Shown one piece after another: positions 7,327-14,421 of a stretch of DNA of 17,376 nt. This DNA is from a virus, in the IMG/VR virus record IMGVR_UViG_3300048907_000177, positions 1 to 17,376 of that record; one strand, written 5' to 3'. A program made the translations under genes and the position numbers. The notes under the pieces were generated by a model. It ran no database searches and had not been told where the DNA came from. It saw only the letters and a list, made by a program, of their open reading frames with translations. The number at the start of each line of letters is the position of its first letter. Position 1 is the first letter of the stretch.

Positions 7327-7736
7327 TGGCCACGATCAACATTGCGGGGCTCAAGGAATTCCAGCAATCGCTGAGGCAGATGGATGCCCAACTGCCGCGG
7401 CTGCTGCGGCTGGTGTTCAACGAGTCGATGGGGGTCGTGATCGGCTATGCCCGGGATCACATGCCGTCCCGGACGGGCCGGGCGGTGAATTCGCTCAAGC
7501 CAAAGTCGCAGCAGCGCACGGCCCGGATATCGATGGGCGGGAAAGCGTCGCCGTACGCGCCGTGGCTGGACTTCGGTGGTGAGGGCCGGATCAAGGGCCG
7601 GCCTCCGGCGCGGTCGTTCATGAAGGGCGGCCGGTACGTGTACAAAGGGCTGGCCGTCAAGAGCACGGAGATCACTGAGATCATGGCCCGCGGGATGACG
7701 GACATTGCCCGTCAGGCCGGATTGGACGTGAGGTAG
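7326..7736 (+). CDS. HK97 gp10-like head-tail joining / tail completion protein
   Basis: ATG at 7326 overlaps the T stop (TGATG). The sequence MATINIAGLKEFQQSL...ARDHMPSRTGRAVNSL...ASPYAPWLDFGG fits the gp10-family pattern. Confidence 0.75.
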   Translation: MATINIAGLKEFQQSLRQMDAQLPRLLRLVFNESMGVVIGYARDHMPSRTGRAVNSLKPKSQQRTARISMGGKASPYAPWLDFGGEGRIKGRPPARSFMKGGRYVYKGLAVKSTEITEIMARGMTDIARQAGLDVR

Positions 7737-7738
7737 AG

Positions 7739-8728
7739 ATGCCGAATCAGGTCACGCTCACGTTCGCCGGTGAGGAAAAGCCGCTCGTCTCGTCGATGGA
7801 CAACGTCGGATCCGCGGCTGACCGTATGGGTGATCAGGTGGGGTCAGCGGCGCGGCGGGTGTCGGATAGCTCGGGGGAGGCGGCCGGCGGACTGCATCGT
7901 ACGGGTGAGGCGGCAGATAAGGCCGAGACGTCCCTGATCGGTGTCCACGACGTCATCGACGGCACGGCGACGATCATGCAGGGGCCCGGTAAGGCCGGCG
8001 TGGTCGCCTACATTCAAGGCTGGGCTGATCTCGCTGGTGGTCTGGCCCCGCTGATTTTGCAGCTGGCAGAGACGAAGGTGGGCATCCTCGCTCAGGCCGC
8101 GGCGTCGCATGTCGCCGCCGCGGCGTCGAAGGTGTGGGCCGGTGCCCAGTGGCTGATGAACACGGCGCTGCTGGCCAACCCGATCACGTGGATCATCGTC
8201 GGAATCGTGGCGCTGATCGCGGTCATCGTGCTGATCGCGACCAAAACGGACTGGTTCCAGAGGGCGTGGCGTGCGTCGTGGAACTGGATCAAGACCGCGG
8301 CCGAGAACACGTGGGAGTTCATCAAGAAGATCCCGGGTTGGCTGGAGTCGGCGTTCAAGAACGTGGCCCGGTTCATCTCGGCGCCGTACCGGGCCGCGTT
8401 CAACCTGATCGCGGACGCCTGGAACTCGACGATCGGCCGGCTGTCCTGGACGGTGCCGGGTTGGATTCCGGTGATCGGCGGGAATACGATCAGCGTGCCG
8501 AACCTGCCGCACTTCCATGCCGGCGGCCGGGTGCCGGGCGGTCCGGGCCAAGAAGTGATGGCGGTGCTCCAGGGCGGCGAGACCGTGTCGACGGAGGCCG
8601 GTTCGAGCGGGGACCGCACGGTGGTGATGGGCGACGGCCCGCTGATCCGGTACGTGCTCGACGCCCTCGCGACCGAGGTGTCTCGCCGCGGCGGCAGACC
8701 TGAGCACCTCGGCTTGAAGGCGGTCTGA
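7739..8728 (+). CDS. Tape measure protein (unusually short, 329 aa)
   Basis: The N-terminus is alpha-helical and Ala-rich. The central hydrophobic segment is PITWIIVGIVALIAVIVLIA. Trp-rich repeats are present, and the C-terminus reads HFHAGGRVPGGPGQEVMAVLQGGETV. It lies after the chaperone genes. Confidence 0.8.
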   Translation: MPNQVTLTFAGEEKPLVSSMDNVGSAADRMGDQVGSAARRVSDSSGEAAGGLHRTGEAADKAETSLIGVHDVIDGTATIMQGPGKAGVVAYIQGWADLAGGLAPLILQLAETKVGILAQAAASHVAAAASKVWAGAQWLMNTALLANPITWIIVGIVALIAVIVLIATKTDWFQRAWRASWNWIKTAAENTWEFIKKIPGWLESAFKNVARFISAPYRAAFNLIADAWNSTIGRLSWTVPGWIPVIGGNTISVPNLPHFHAGGRVPGGPGQEVMAVLQGGETVSTEAGSSGDRTVVMGDGPLIRYVLDALATEVSRRGGRPEHLGLKAV

Positions 8729-8729
8729 C

Positions 8730-10847
8730 GTGGGTACCCCGCTGAGCCCGGTCACGCCGCAGCTGCGCTACAACTCGGCCTGGAACCCGGTGCCCTGCTA
8801 CGCCGACGACATGCCCACGGTGATCGAGCGCGGCTACACCGACGAGGGCACTATCAAGCCGTCGCGGATGTCGATGCGGATCAATGACTCTGCGGCGCCG
8901 ACGCTGAACCCGTCGCGGCCGAACTCGCCGCTGTATGGGGTGACGGGCCGGTCGATGCCGGCGGCGATCACGTGTGGCGGGACGACCCGGGCGTGGCTGG
9001 AAACCGCGGTGCTCGACCCGGATCAGGATCAGGCGTACAGCGAGGCCTCATACTCGACGGCGTCGCCGCGGGGGAAGCGGTGGATAGATCTGGAGGCGTA
9101 CGGGCCGCTGTACCGGATAGGCCAGTGGTCTGACTTGGTGCAGGCGCCGATGACCCGCACGTTCCTGTCGTACTCGAATCTGATCGGGTTCTGGCCCGGC
9201 GATGACGCGGGCCTGTCGACTCAGGTCGGCAACGGCGGATCGTTCTCGAACGTGACCGCGGGGGATGCGTCGGCGCCGGCCGGGGCGTCCGGGTCGTTCG
9301 TGGGGCAGGCCGGCTCGCACATGGTGCTGTCGCCGCTGACGAATTCGGACACGGCCGGGTTTCAGGTCTTCTGGTCGACGGACCTGTCCGCGGTGCCGGT
9401 GTCTCCGGCGACCACGCAGTTCTTGTACTTCCGGGCCAACCCGTCGCTCATCTGGTCGGTCGAGCTCGACAACGTCGCGTTCCACCTGAAGCTGTACTCG
9501 GCGGGCACGCTGGTCGACGACTCGAACATCTCCCTGGCCGGTGTGACGACCAACTTCACGGACTGGGTGACGTGGCGGGCCAAGTGCTACCAGTCCGGGG
9601 CGGATGTGAAGTGTGAGTTCGCGTGGTACTCCAAGTCGGACAACCTGATCTGGGGGTTCACCCGCACCTATGTGGGGTTGACGTTGAACCGGCTGACCTC
9701 GATCCGGATGGAAGGCAACACGCTGACCAACGGCACCCGGTACGCCCAGATCGGCGCGTTGACCTCGGTGGCCGATGATCTCCAGTCGTACACGGCGATC
9801 GCCTCGTTCAACGGCTATGCCGGCGAGTCGACCACGACGCGGTTCAACCGGCTGATGACGGAGGCCGGGATCTCCCGGGTCGTGATCGGCACCTCGACCA
9901 CGCTGATGGGTCCGCAGAAAGCGGACACGCTGATGAACCTGCTGAAGGAGATTGCGGCCACCGAGGACGGCCTGTTGTTCGATCAGAAGGACAACCCCCG
10001 CACGGTGCTGCGTACCCGCCGCTCCCGGGTGAATCAGGCGGTCGGTCTGACCCTCGATGCGAACGTGGATATCGTCCCGCCGTTCAAGGAGCGCGTGGAC
10101 AACGTCGGCGTGGCCAACGTCGTGACGATCACGGACCGGTCCGGGTACACGGGCACGGTGACCAAGACGACCGGGTCGATGGCGGCGACCGCGTACCCTG
10201 CCGGCATCGGCACCTTCAAGGGCGGCGCCCTGCCGGACGTCAAGGTCAACCTGAACAGCGCGGTCGACGACATGCCGGCGATGCTGGCCTGGTATCTGGC
10301 CCGCGGCACGGTGCCGGGCCCGCGCTGGCCCACGGTCACGATTGAGGTGGGGCAGCGGTCGCCGGGCCTGGCCGCGGCGGCGAAAGCGCTCGAAATCGGC
10401 GACCGGCTCCAGATCACGAACCGGATGGCCGACCCGATCGACTTGCAGATCATCGGGATCCGGGAGCGGATCGGGATCTTCGCGTGGGAGTTCACCTTCA
10501 CCTGCATTCCGAACGCCGTGTTCGACGCGGGCGCCGAGGACGACACCACGCACGCGCTAGACACCTACGCGAATACGATCATCACCGCGCCGGCTCCGGC
10601 GACCACGGGCACATCCATGGTGGTCGGGTCGGCGGACCCGGACGATGTGTGGTCGGCGACGTCGCTGCCGTACCCGATCATGGTGGCCGGTGAGAAGATG
10701 ACGGTGACCGCGGCGACCGCGCCGACGCTGGTGTCGGGGACGTGGCGGCAGACGTTGACGGTCACCCGGTCGGTCAACGGCATCGTCAAGGCTCAGGTCG
10801 TCGGCACGCCGGTGAACGTGTTCGCCCCGTACAGAGAGGCCTGGTAA
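8730..10847 (+). CDS. Minor tail protein (distal-tail / tip complex-like)
   Basis: 705 aa. The GTG start is 1 nt after the tape-measure stop. It is the largest tail gene downstream of the tape measure and looks beta-rich. Confidence 0.7.
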   Translation: MGTPLSPVTPQLRYNSAWNPVPCYADDMPTVIERGYTDEGTIKPSRMSMRINDSAAPTLNPSRPNSPLYGVTGRSMPAAITCGGTTRAWLETAVLDPDQDQAYSEASYSTASPRGKRWIDLEAYGPLYRIGQWSDLVQAPMTRTFLSYSNLIGFWPGDDAGLSTQVGNGGSFSNVTAGDASAPAGASGSFVGQAGSHMVLSPLTNSDTAGFQVFWSTDLSAVPVSPATTQFLYFRANPSLIWSVELDNVAFHLKLYSAGTLVDDSNISLAGVTTNFTDWVTWRAKCYQSGADVKCEFAWYSKSDNLIWGFTRTYVGLTLNRLTSIRMEGNTLTNGTRYAQIGALTSVADDLQSYTAIASFNGYAGESTTTRFNRLMTEAGISRVVIGTSTTLMGPQKADTLMNLLKEIAATEDGLLFDQKDNPRTVLRTRRSRVNQAVGLTLDANVDIVPPFKERVDNVGVANVVTITDRSGYTGTVTKTTGSMAATAYPAGIGTFKGGALPDVKVNLNSAVDDMPAMLAWYLARGTVPGPRWPTVTIEVGQRSPGLAAAAKALEIGDRLQITNRMADPIDLQIIGIRERIGIFAWEFTFTCIPNAVFDAGAEDDTTHALDTYANTIITAPAPATTGTSMVVGSADPDDVWSATSLPYPIMVAGEKMTVTAATAPTLVSGTWRQTLTVTRSVNGIVKAQVVGTPVNVFAPYREAW

Positions 10848-11353
10848 TGGCGGCTGGTGATCCGATCCTCGCGTCGGACTACGCGGCGATCAAGCGGACG
10901 TCGAAGGACACGCCGGTGTGCCGGCTGGTGCAGGCGGCCGCTCAGTCGATGCCGGACAACGTGGCGACCGCGCTGACGTTCGCCGCCGGGTCGGAGGTCA
11001 CGGACAACGATGGCTTCCATGACACGGTTACGAACAACACGCGGATCACGCCGACGTTCCCCGGCTGGTATCTGTTCACCGGGGCGGTGTATCTGGCTGC
11101 GGCCACGACACCGGTCACCCGTGAGGCGTACTTCCGGCAGAACGGTGCGACGTCGATCGCGCCGGGTAGTCGCGACGTGGGTCTGGCTATCACGTCGGCC
11201 ATCGACGTGGAGCCGGCGTACATCTACTGCAACGGCACGACCGACTACGTGGAGTTGATCTGCCGGCAGGACTCGGCGGCCGCGGTGAACACCAACGTCG
11301 CATCGCAGCAAACGTCGGCGTTCGGCTGCACTCTCGTGCGGCAGACTGCGTAG
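10847..11353 (+). CDS. Minor tail protein, possible receptor-binding jelly-roll protein
   Basis: ATG at 10847 overlaps the preceding stop (TAATG). At 168 aa it is the last tail gene before lysis. The motif GWYLFTGAVYL...YIYCNGTTDYVELI is reminiscent of C1q/TNF-like tips; this is a weak recollection. Confidence 0.55.
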   Translation: MAAGDPILASDYAAIKRTSKDTPVCRLVQAAAQSMPDNVATALTFAAGSEVTDNDGFHDTVTNNTRITPTFPGWYLFTGAVYLAAATTPVTREAYFRQNGATSIAPGSRDVGLAITSAIDVEPAYIYCNGTTDYVELICRQDSAAAVNTNVASQQTSAFGCTLVRQTA

Positions 11354-11354
11354 G

Positions 11355-11690
11355 GTGGCGGACGTGAAGAACAACCTGGGTGTGGTGATCGTCGCCGTGT
11401 GCGGCACGCTGGTCGTGCTGGCGTTCATCGCCGGGTACACGGTGCTCGGTGCGACCGGCCGGGACTCCGCTGAGCTGTCGCGGTTCGTGAACACGCTGCT
11501 GAACGCGGCCGGTCTGGTGTTCTCCGGGGTCGGCGGTATCGCCGGTATCGCCGGGTTCCTGAAGGCGCGGCAGGCCGCGGAGCAGACCAACGGTGGCCTG
11601 GATGAGCGGATCGTTGCCGGCGCCCGGGTGGCGCTGGCGGAGCAGCGGACGGCGGATGTGGCGCCGGGGGGAGAGCTACGTCGTGAGTAG
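11355..11690 (+). CDS. Holin-like membrane protein
   Basis: 111 aa with two hydrophobic segments (LGVVIVAVCGTLVVLAFIAGYTVLG and LLNAAGLVFSGVGGIAGIAGFL) and a charged C-terminus. It overlaps the next gene. An alternative in-frame GTG start lies at 11364. Confidence 0.6.
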   Translation: MADVKNNLGVVIVAVCGTLVVLAFIAGYTVLGATGRDSAELSRFVNTLLNAAGLVFSGVGGIAGIAGFLKARQAAEQTNGGLDERIVAGARVALAEQRTADVAPGGELRRE

Positions 11691-12387
11691 TTGGGTGCTG
11701 GTGCCGGCGCTGGTGTCGCTGCGCAATGAGTTCAACGTCCTGGCGCCGGGCCGGGATAGGGCGTCGGACGGCTCGATCGGCGACGCGGCGCATCGGGCTG
11801 AGGGCCCGTCCGGGCACAACCCGGACGACACTCCGGGGTCGACGCCGGAGAATTCGGACGCGGACGCGATTCCGGAGGTTCGGGCTATCGACGTCGATGC
11901 TGATCTCCGTCAGCCCGGTTGGTCGATGGAGCGGGCCGTGCAGATCATCGTCGACCGGCATCGGTCGGGCGTCGACACCCGTCTGGACTACGTGATCTAT
12001 AACCGGCGTATCTGGGCCCGCGCGTACGGCTGGGAGGAGCGCGAGTACGTCGGCGTCAACCCGCACGACAAGCACGCGCACTTCTCGTGCCGGGCCGGGT
12101 CGGGGACGGCCGGTAACCCGGAGGCGTTCACGGGCCCGTGGGGGCTCCTGGCAGATGAGGATGAGGGCATGGATGCGGCAGAGTTCATGGCGTCGGTGGC
12201 GCGCGCCGTCCGTAACAAGGCGGACGACCCGGCGTCGGCGGGTGACCGGGCCAACCGGACCAATTTTGCGGTCGGCGTGCGGTTCGCGCTGGGCTACAAC
12301 TGGAACGTCCAGGACGGCGACGACACGGTCCCGGATGAGAAGACGGTAATGGGCAAGCTGGACGAGATCCTCTCGCACGTCGAGTAA
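11683..12387 (+). CDS. Putative endolysin (zinc-peptidase-like peptidoglycan hydrolase)
   Basis: GTG at 11683 is preceded by GGGGGGAGAG. The 234-aa product has SDGSIGDAAHRAEGPSGHNPD ... RAIDVD ... NPHDKHAHFS, which resembles His/Asp metal-binding motifs of LAS/M15-type cell-wall peptidases. It is the last gene of the late operon. Confidence 0.5.
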   Translation: MSSWVLVPALVSLRNEFNVLAPGRDRASDGSIGDAAHRAEGPSGHNPDDTPGSTPENSDADAIPEVRAIDVDADLRQPGWSMERAVQIIVDRHRSGVDTRLDYVIYNRRIWARAYGWEEREYVGVNPHDKHAHFSCRAGSGTAGNPEAFTGPWGLLADEDEGMDAAEFMASVARAVRNKADDPASAGDRANRTNFAVGVRFALGYNWNVQDGDDTVPDEKTVMGKLDEILSHVE

Positions 12388-12416
12388 GCCTGCCCTAAGA
12401 AAAACTCGAGGTATGG

Positions 12417-12455
12417 GGGCCCGGCGCCGGGGAAGTGGCGCCGGGCCCTTTCTGT
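12417..12455. terminator. Bidirectional intrinsic terminator between convergent genes
   Basis: A perfect 12-bp stem (GGGCCCGGCGCC / GGCGCCGGGCCC) has an 8-nt loop and is followed by TTTCTGT. An A-run at 12398-12405 supplies a U-tract for the opposite strand. Confidence 0.8.
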
Positions 12456-12501
12456 GTCTCCGAGCGGCGCGGTCACTGCTCTCGTGCCGTCCGGGACCCG
12501 T

Positions 12502-13002
12502 CTAGCCGGCGCTGGTGTTGTGGAAGCCGACCGGGTCGCCGTTCTCGTTGAGGTGCTCGGGGGCGTAGACGTTGGTCTCGGCGACGCCGGTGTCCCGCGG
12601 GGGCACGTCGGATCCTGCGATCGCGGCCGGCGGCTGGTGGTTGAGGATGCTGGGCCGGGTCGCGCGGTCGGTGCCGTCGTCCAGGCAGTCGCGGTTATGG
12701 GCCTCGTACTGGAGCCGGTCAGCGTCGGTCATGTCCCTGCTGTAGAGCGTGTACAGCACGCGGATGGCGCCGTCGTCCAGGATCGGAATGTCGATGGCGA
12801 CGAACGCGTGACCGTCGTCGGTGTCGTTGAACAGCCTGATGTGCACGTCGTAGCGGTCGGCGATGTCGAGCATCTGCCGGCGGCTGAGGTTGTGGCGGCG
12901 GTAGACGGTCGTGGTGGGGGCGGGGAGCGCGCCGGCCTTGACCGCGTCGTTGAGGGACTGGGCGGCGGCGACGTTCAGGGCGGCTGTGTTGGGGTTCGTC
13001 AT
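12502..13002 (-). CDS. Hypothetical protein, the only minus-strand gene (candidate regulator)
   Basis: 166 aa with very high GC3 in this frame. The overlapping + strand ORF is Val/Gly/Asp-rich shadow. It is divergent from the early operon and has a terminator downstream. Confidence 0.8.
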   Translation of the reverse strand: MTNPNTAALNVAAAQSLNDAVKAGALPAPTTTVYRRHNLSRRQMLDIADRYDVHIRLFNDTDDGHAFVAIDIPILDDGAIRVLYTLYSRDMTDADRLQYEAHNRDCLDDGTDRATRPSILNHQPPAAIAGSDVPPRDTGVAETNVYAPEHLNENGDPVGFHNTSAG

Positions 13003-13009
13003 GCCAACG

Positions 13010-13039
13010 ACGATAGGGCACGACCGTGGCCACGGTCAA
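13010..13039 (-). promoter_or_regulatory. Leftward promoter, apparently leaderless
   Basis: On the minus strand TTGACC (13039-13034) is followed by 18 nt and then TATCGT (13015-13010). Seven nt further is the ATG at 13002. Confidence 0.6.
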
Positions 13040-13062
13040 CGGTTGACCGTTGATCGTTGACG
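13022..13062. repeat. Operator-like palindromes and heptad repeats
   Basis: A 16-bp palindrome GACCGTGGCCACGGTC spans 13022-13037. It overlaps a 15-bp palindrome GGTCAACGGTTGACC at 13034-13048. Tandem heptads GTTGACC GTTGATC GTTGACG span 13042-13062. Confidence 0.7.
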
Positions 13063-13072
13063 GGGGTATCGT
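13043..13072 (+). promoter_or_regulatory. Rightward early promoter, apparently leaderless
   Basis: TTGACC (13043-13048) is followed by 18 nt and then TATCGT (13067-13072). Eight nt further is the ATG at 13081. Confidence 0.6.
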
Positions 13073-13080
13073 CCCGAGCC

Positions 13081-13275
13081 ATGACGAAAACCAAGATTCG
13101 TACGGCCGCGGCGACCGCGGCCCGGCGCCGGCAGGCTCGCCTCCGCCGTATCGCGAATGCGGTGGCCCTGCTGCTGCGGCACGGCTACACGGTGGTCGAG
13201 CCGGCGCCTCCGGACCCTTGCGGCGATAACTGCCCGGACCCGTGGGCGCACGCTGAGGGTGGTCACGATGTCTGA
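13081..13275 (+). CDS. Small basic protein (Cro-like by position; possible DNA binder)
   Basis: 64 aa from the ATG at 13081: MTKTKIRTAAATAARRRQARLRRIANAVALLLRHGY. It is the first gene of the rightward operon and is ATG..TGA-coupled to the next gene. Confidence 0.6.
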   Translation: MTKTKIRTAAATAARRRQARLRRIANAVALLLRHGYTVVEPAPPDPCGDNCPDPWAHAEGGHDV

Positions 13276-13918
13276 CCAGCCGCCCCCGTGCGGGGACCAC
13301 GATGCCAATGAGCTGTCGTGCGCTGCGTGCGGCACGGTGCGCACCGTCTTCTACGCTGGCGTCGCTGTCGGCGTGGACGCGGGGGACCCGGTGCCCGTGG
13401 TGGCACCTCAGCTGCATCCGCAGATCTACGACGGGTCGATCGGTGATCTGATCAACCTGCCAACGGCGGCCGAGAAGTTGGCCGCGCGTGTGGCGGTCCT
13501 GTTGCAGGGTCACGCGGCCGGCCTGCACGTGCTACCGGCGATGGATTGCCCGTCGTGCTCGCCGGTGGAGACCCCGAACCGTGACCGGCTTCGGCGCCGC
13601 GCGGCCCTCGCGCTAGATCGCGTGTTCGAGGTGATGGGTGAGCGACAGGACGACGGCGATGGCGGAGAGCACGCGGTGGGGGTGGCCGAGGAGCGCTTCG
13701 TACAGTCAATGGGCGACTACGTTCTGTCGCGATTGCACCATAACAGTCATTATGGTGTAGCGGCCGAGCGCTGTCCTACCTGCGATTCGCCCGCGCCAAA
13801 CCTCCACCCGGCGATGCAGTCAGAGGGCGAGGTTCAGCCCTGCATCGACCGCTGGCACCTCACGCACAACATGGCCACGCATAAGCGGAATTATGGGGCC
13901 GACGATGCGCGCGGTTGA
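13268..13918 (+). CDS. Cys-rich hypothetical protein (possible zinc-binding)
   Basis: ATG at 13268 follows GAGGGTGG. The 216-aa product carries CGDH...CAAC, CPSC and CPTC motifs plus His-rich stretches. Confidence 0.7.
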   Translation: MSDQPPPCGDHDANELSCAACGTVRTVFYAGVAVGVDAGDPVPVVAPQLHPQIYDGSIGDLINLPTAAEKLAARVAVLLQGHAAGLHVLPAMDCPSCSPVETPNRDRLRRRAALALDRVFEVMGERQDDGDGGEHAVGVAEERFVQSMGDYVLSRLHHNSHYGVAAERCPTCDSPAPNLHPAMQSEGEVQPCIDRWHLTHNMATHKRNYGADDARG

Positions 13919-14084
13919 GCTGTTCGGCGGGGAGGGCGCTCCGTGGGCGTCGCCGCGCGGACTGTCGCTGTGCGTGCCGTGGCAGTACACGTACTTCCTT
14001 GGCCTGCAAGCGGCAGACCACATTAGACGGTCAATGGCGGAATCCGTTGGCCTGTATACGCCGGCTAAGGAGAATGCATCATGA
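13905..14084 (+). CDS. Small hypothetical protein
   Basis: 59 aa from the ATG at 13905, with an alternative ATG at 13893. Its stop overlaps the next start (ATGA at 14081-14084). GC3 is moderately high. Confidence 0.4.
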   Translation: MRAVELFGGEGAPWASPRGLSLCVPWQYTYFLGLQAADHIRRSMAESVGLYTPAKENAS

Positions 14085-14332
14085 CCGTGTTCATCGGCGT
14101 GCTGATCATCGCAGCCGTCATCGCGACGCCGATCGTCGCGGACGCGTGGGCCCGGCAGGCGCGGGCGCGCCGGGTCGTGCCGAACGTCAAGCCTCCGGAG
14201 GCGGTGAACGCGTTCATGGGCCGTGAGCCGGACACGTCGATGTGGGGCTACGCCATCTGGGTCAGGGACGGCGAGCTCTATTGGTGCCCGTACGTGCGGC
14301 CGGCGGCGCCTGTAGATGGAGATGGTGCGTGA
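14081..14332 (+). CDS. Small N-terminally membrane-anchored protein
   Basis: A strong RBS AAGGAGA lies upstream. The 83-aa product starts with MTVFIGVLIIAAVIATPIVA. Confidence 0.7.
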   Translation: MTVFIGVLIIAAVIATPIVADAWARQARARRVVPNVKPPEAVNAFMGREPDTSMWGYAIWVRDGELYWCPYVRPAAPVDGDGA

Positions 14333-14421
14333 TGCCGTGGTGGTTCTGGATGACCATGGGGTTTGCGCTCGGGTCGATCTGGGCCAGCGCGCTCATGTTC
14401 TGGCTCGCGGGTAGGCGGTGA
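14332..14421 (+). CDS. 29-aa Trp-rich single-pass membrane micropeptide (not in the ORF track)
   Basis: Hand translation gives MPWWFWMTMGFALGSIWASALMFWLAGRR. The ATG overlaps the upstream stop (TGATG). Its own stop overlaps the helicase GTG (GTGA). Confidence 0.5.
   Translation: MPWWFWMTMGFALGSIWASALMFWLAGRR

Noticed and set aside
9048-10553. Long antisense or off-frame ORFs, including 9048-10553 (-), 1648-2541 (-), 4225-5067 (-), 3298-4032 (-), 10793-11590 (-), 11425-12378 (-) and 183-752 (-).
   Set aside because: Their Arg/Pro/Gly-rich translations are typical of shadow frames in GC-rich DNA. Each lies fully inside a well-supported + strand gene.
12454-13053. A 199-aa + strand ORF overlaps the minus-strand gene.
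   Set aside because: Its Val/Gly/Asp/Ala-rich composition is shadow-like, and it would run through the divergent promoter. The minus-strand frame has far better codon bias and proper signals.
13915-14226. A 103-aa + strand ORF overlaps the small early genes.
   Set aside because: It is an Arg-rich shadow frame. The competing frames have an RBS and coupled ATGA starts.
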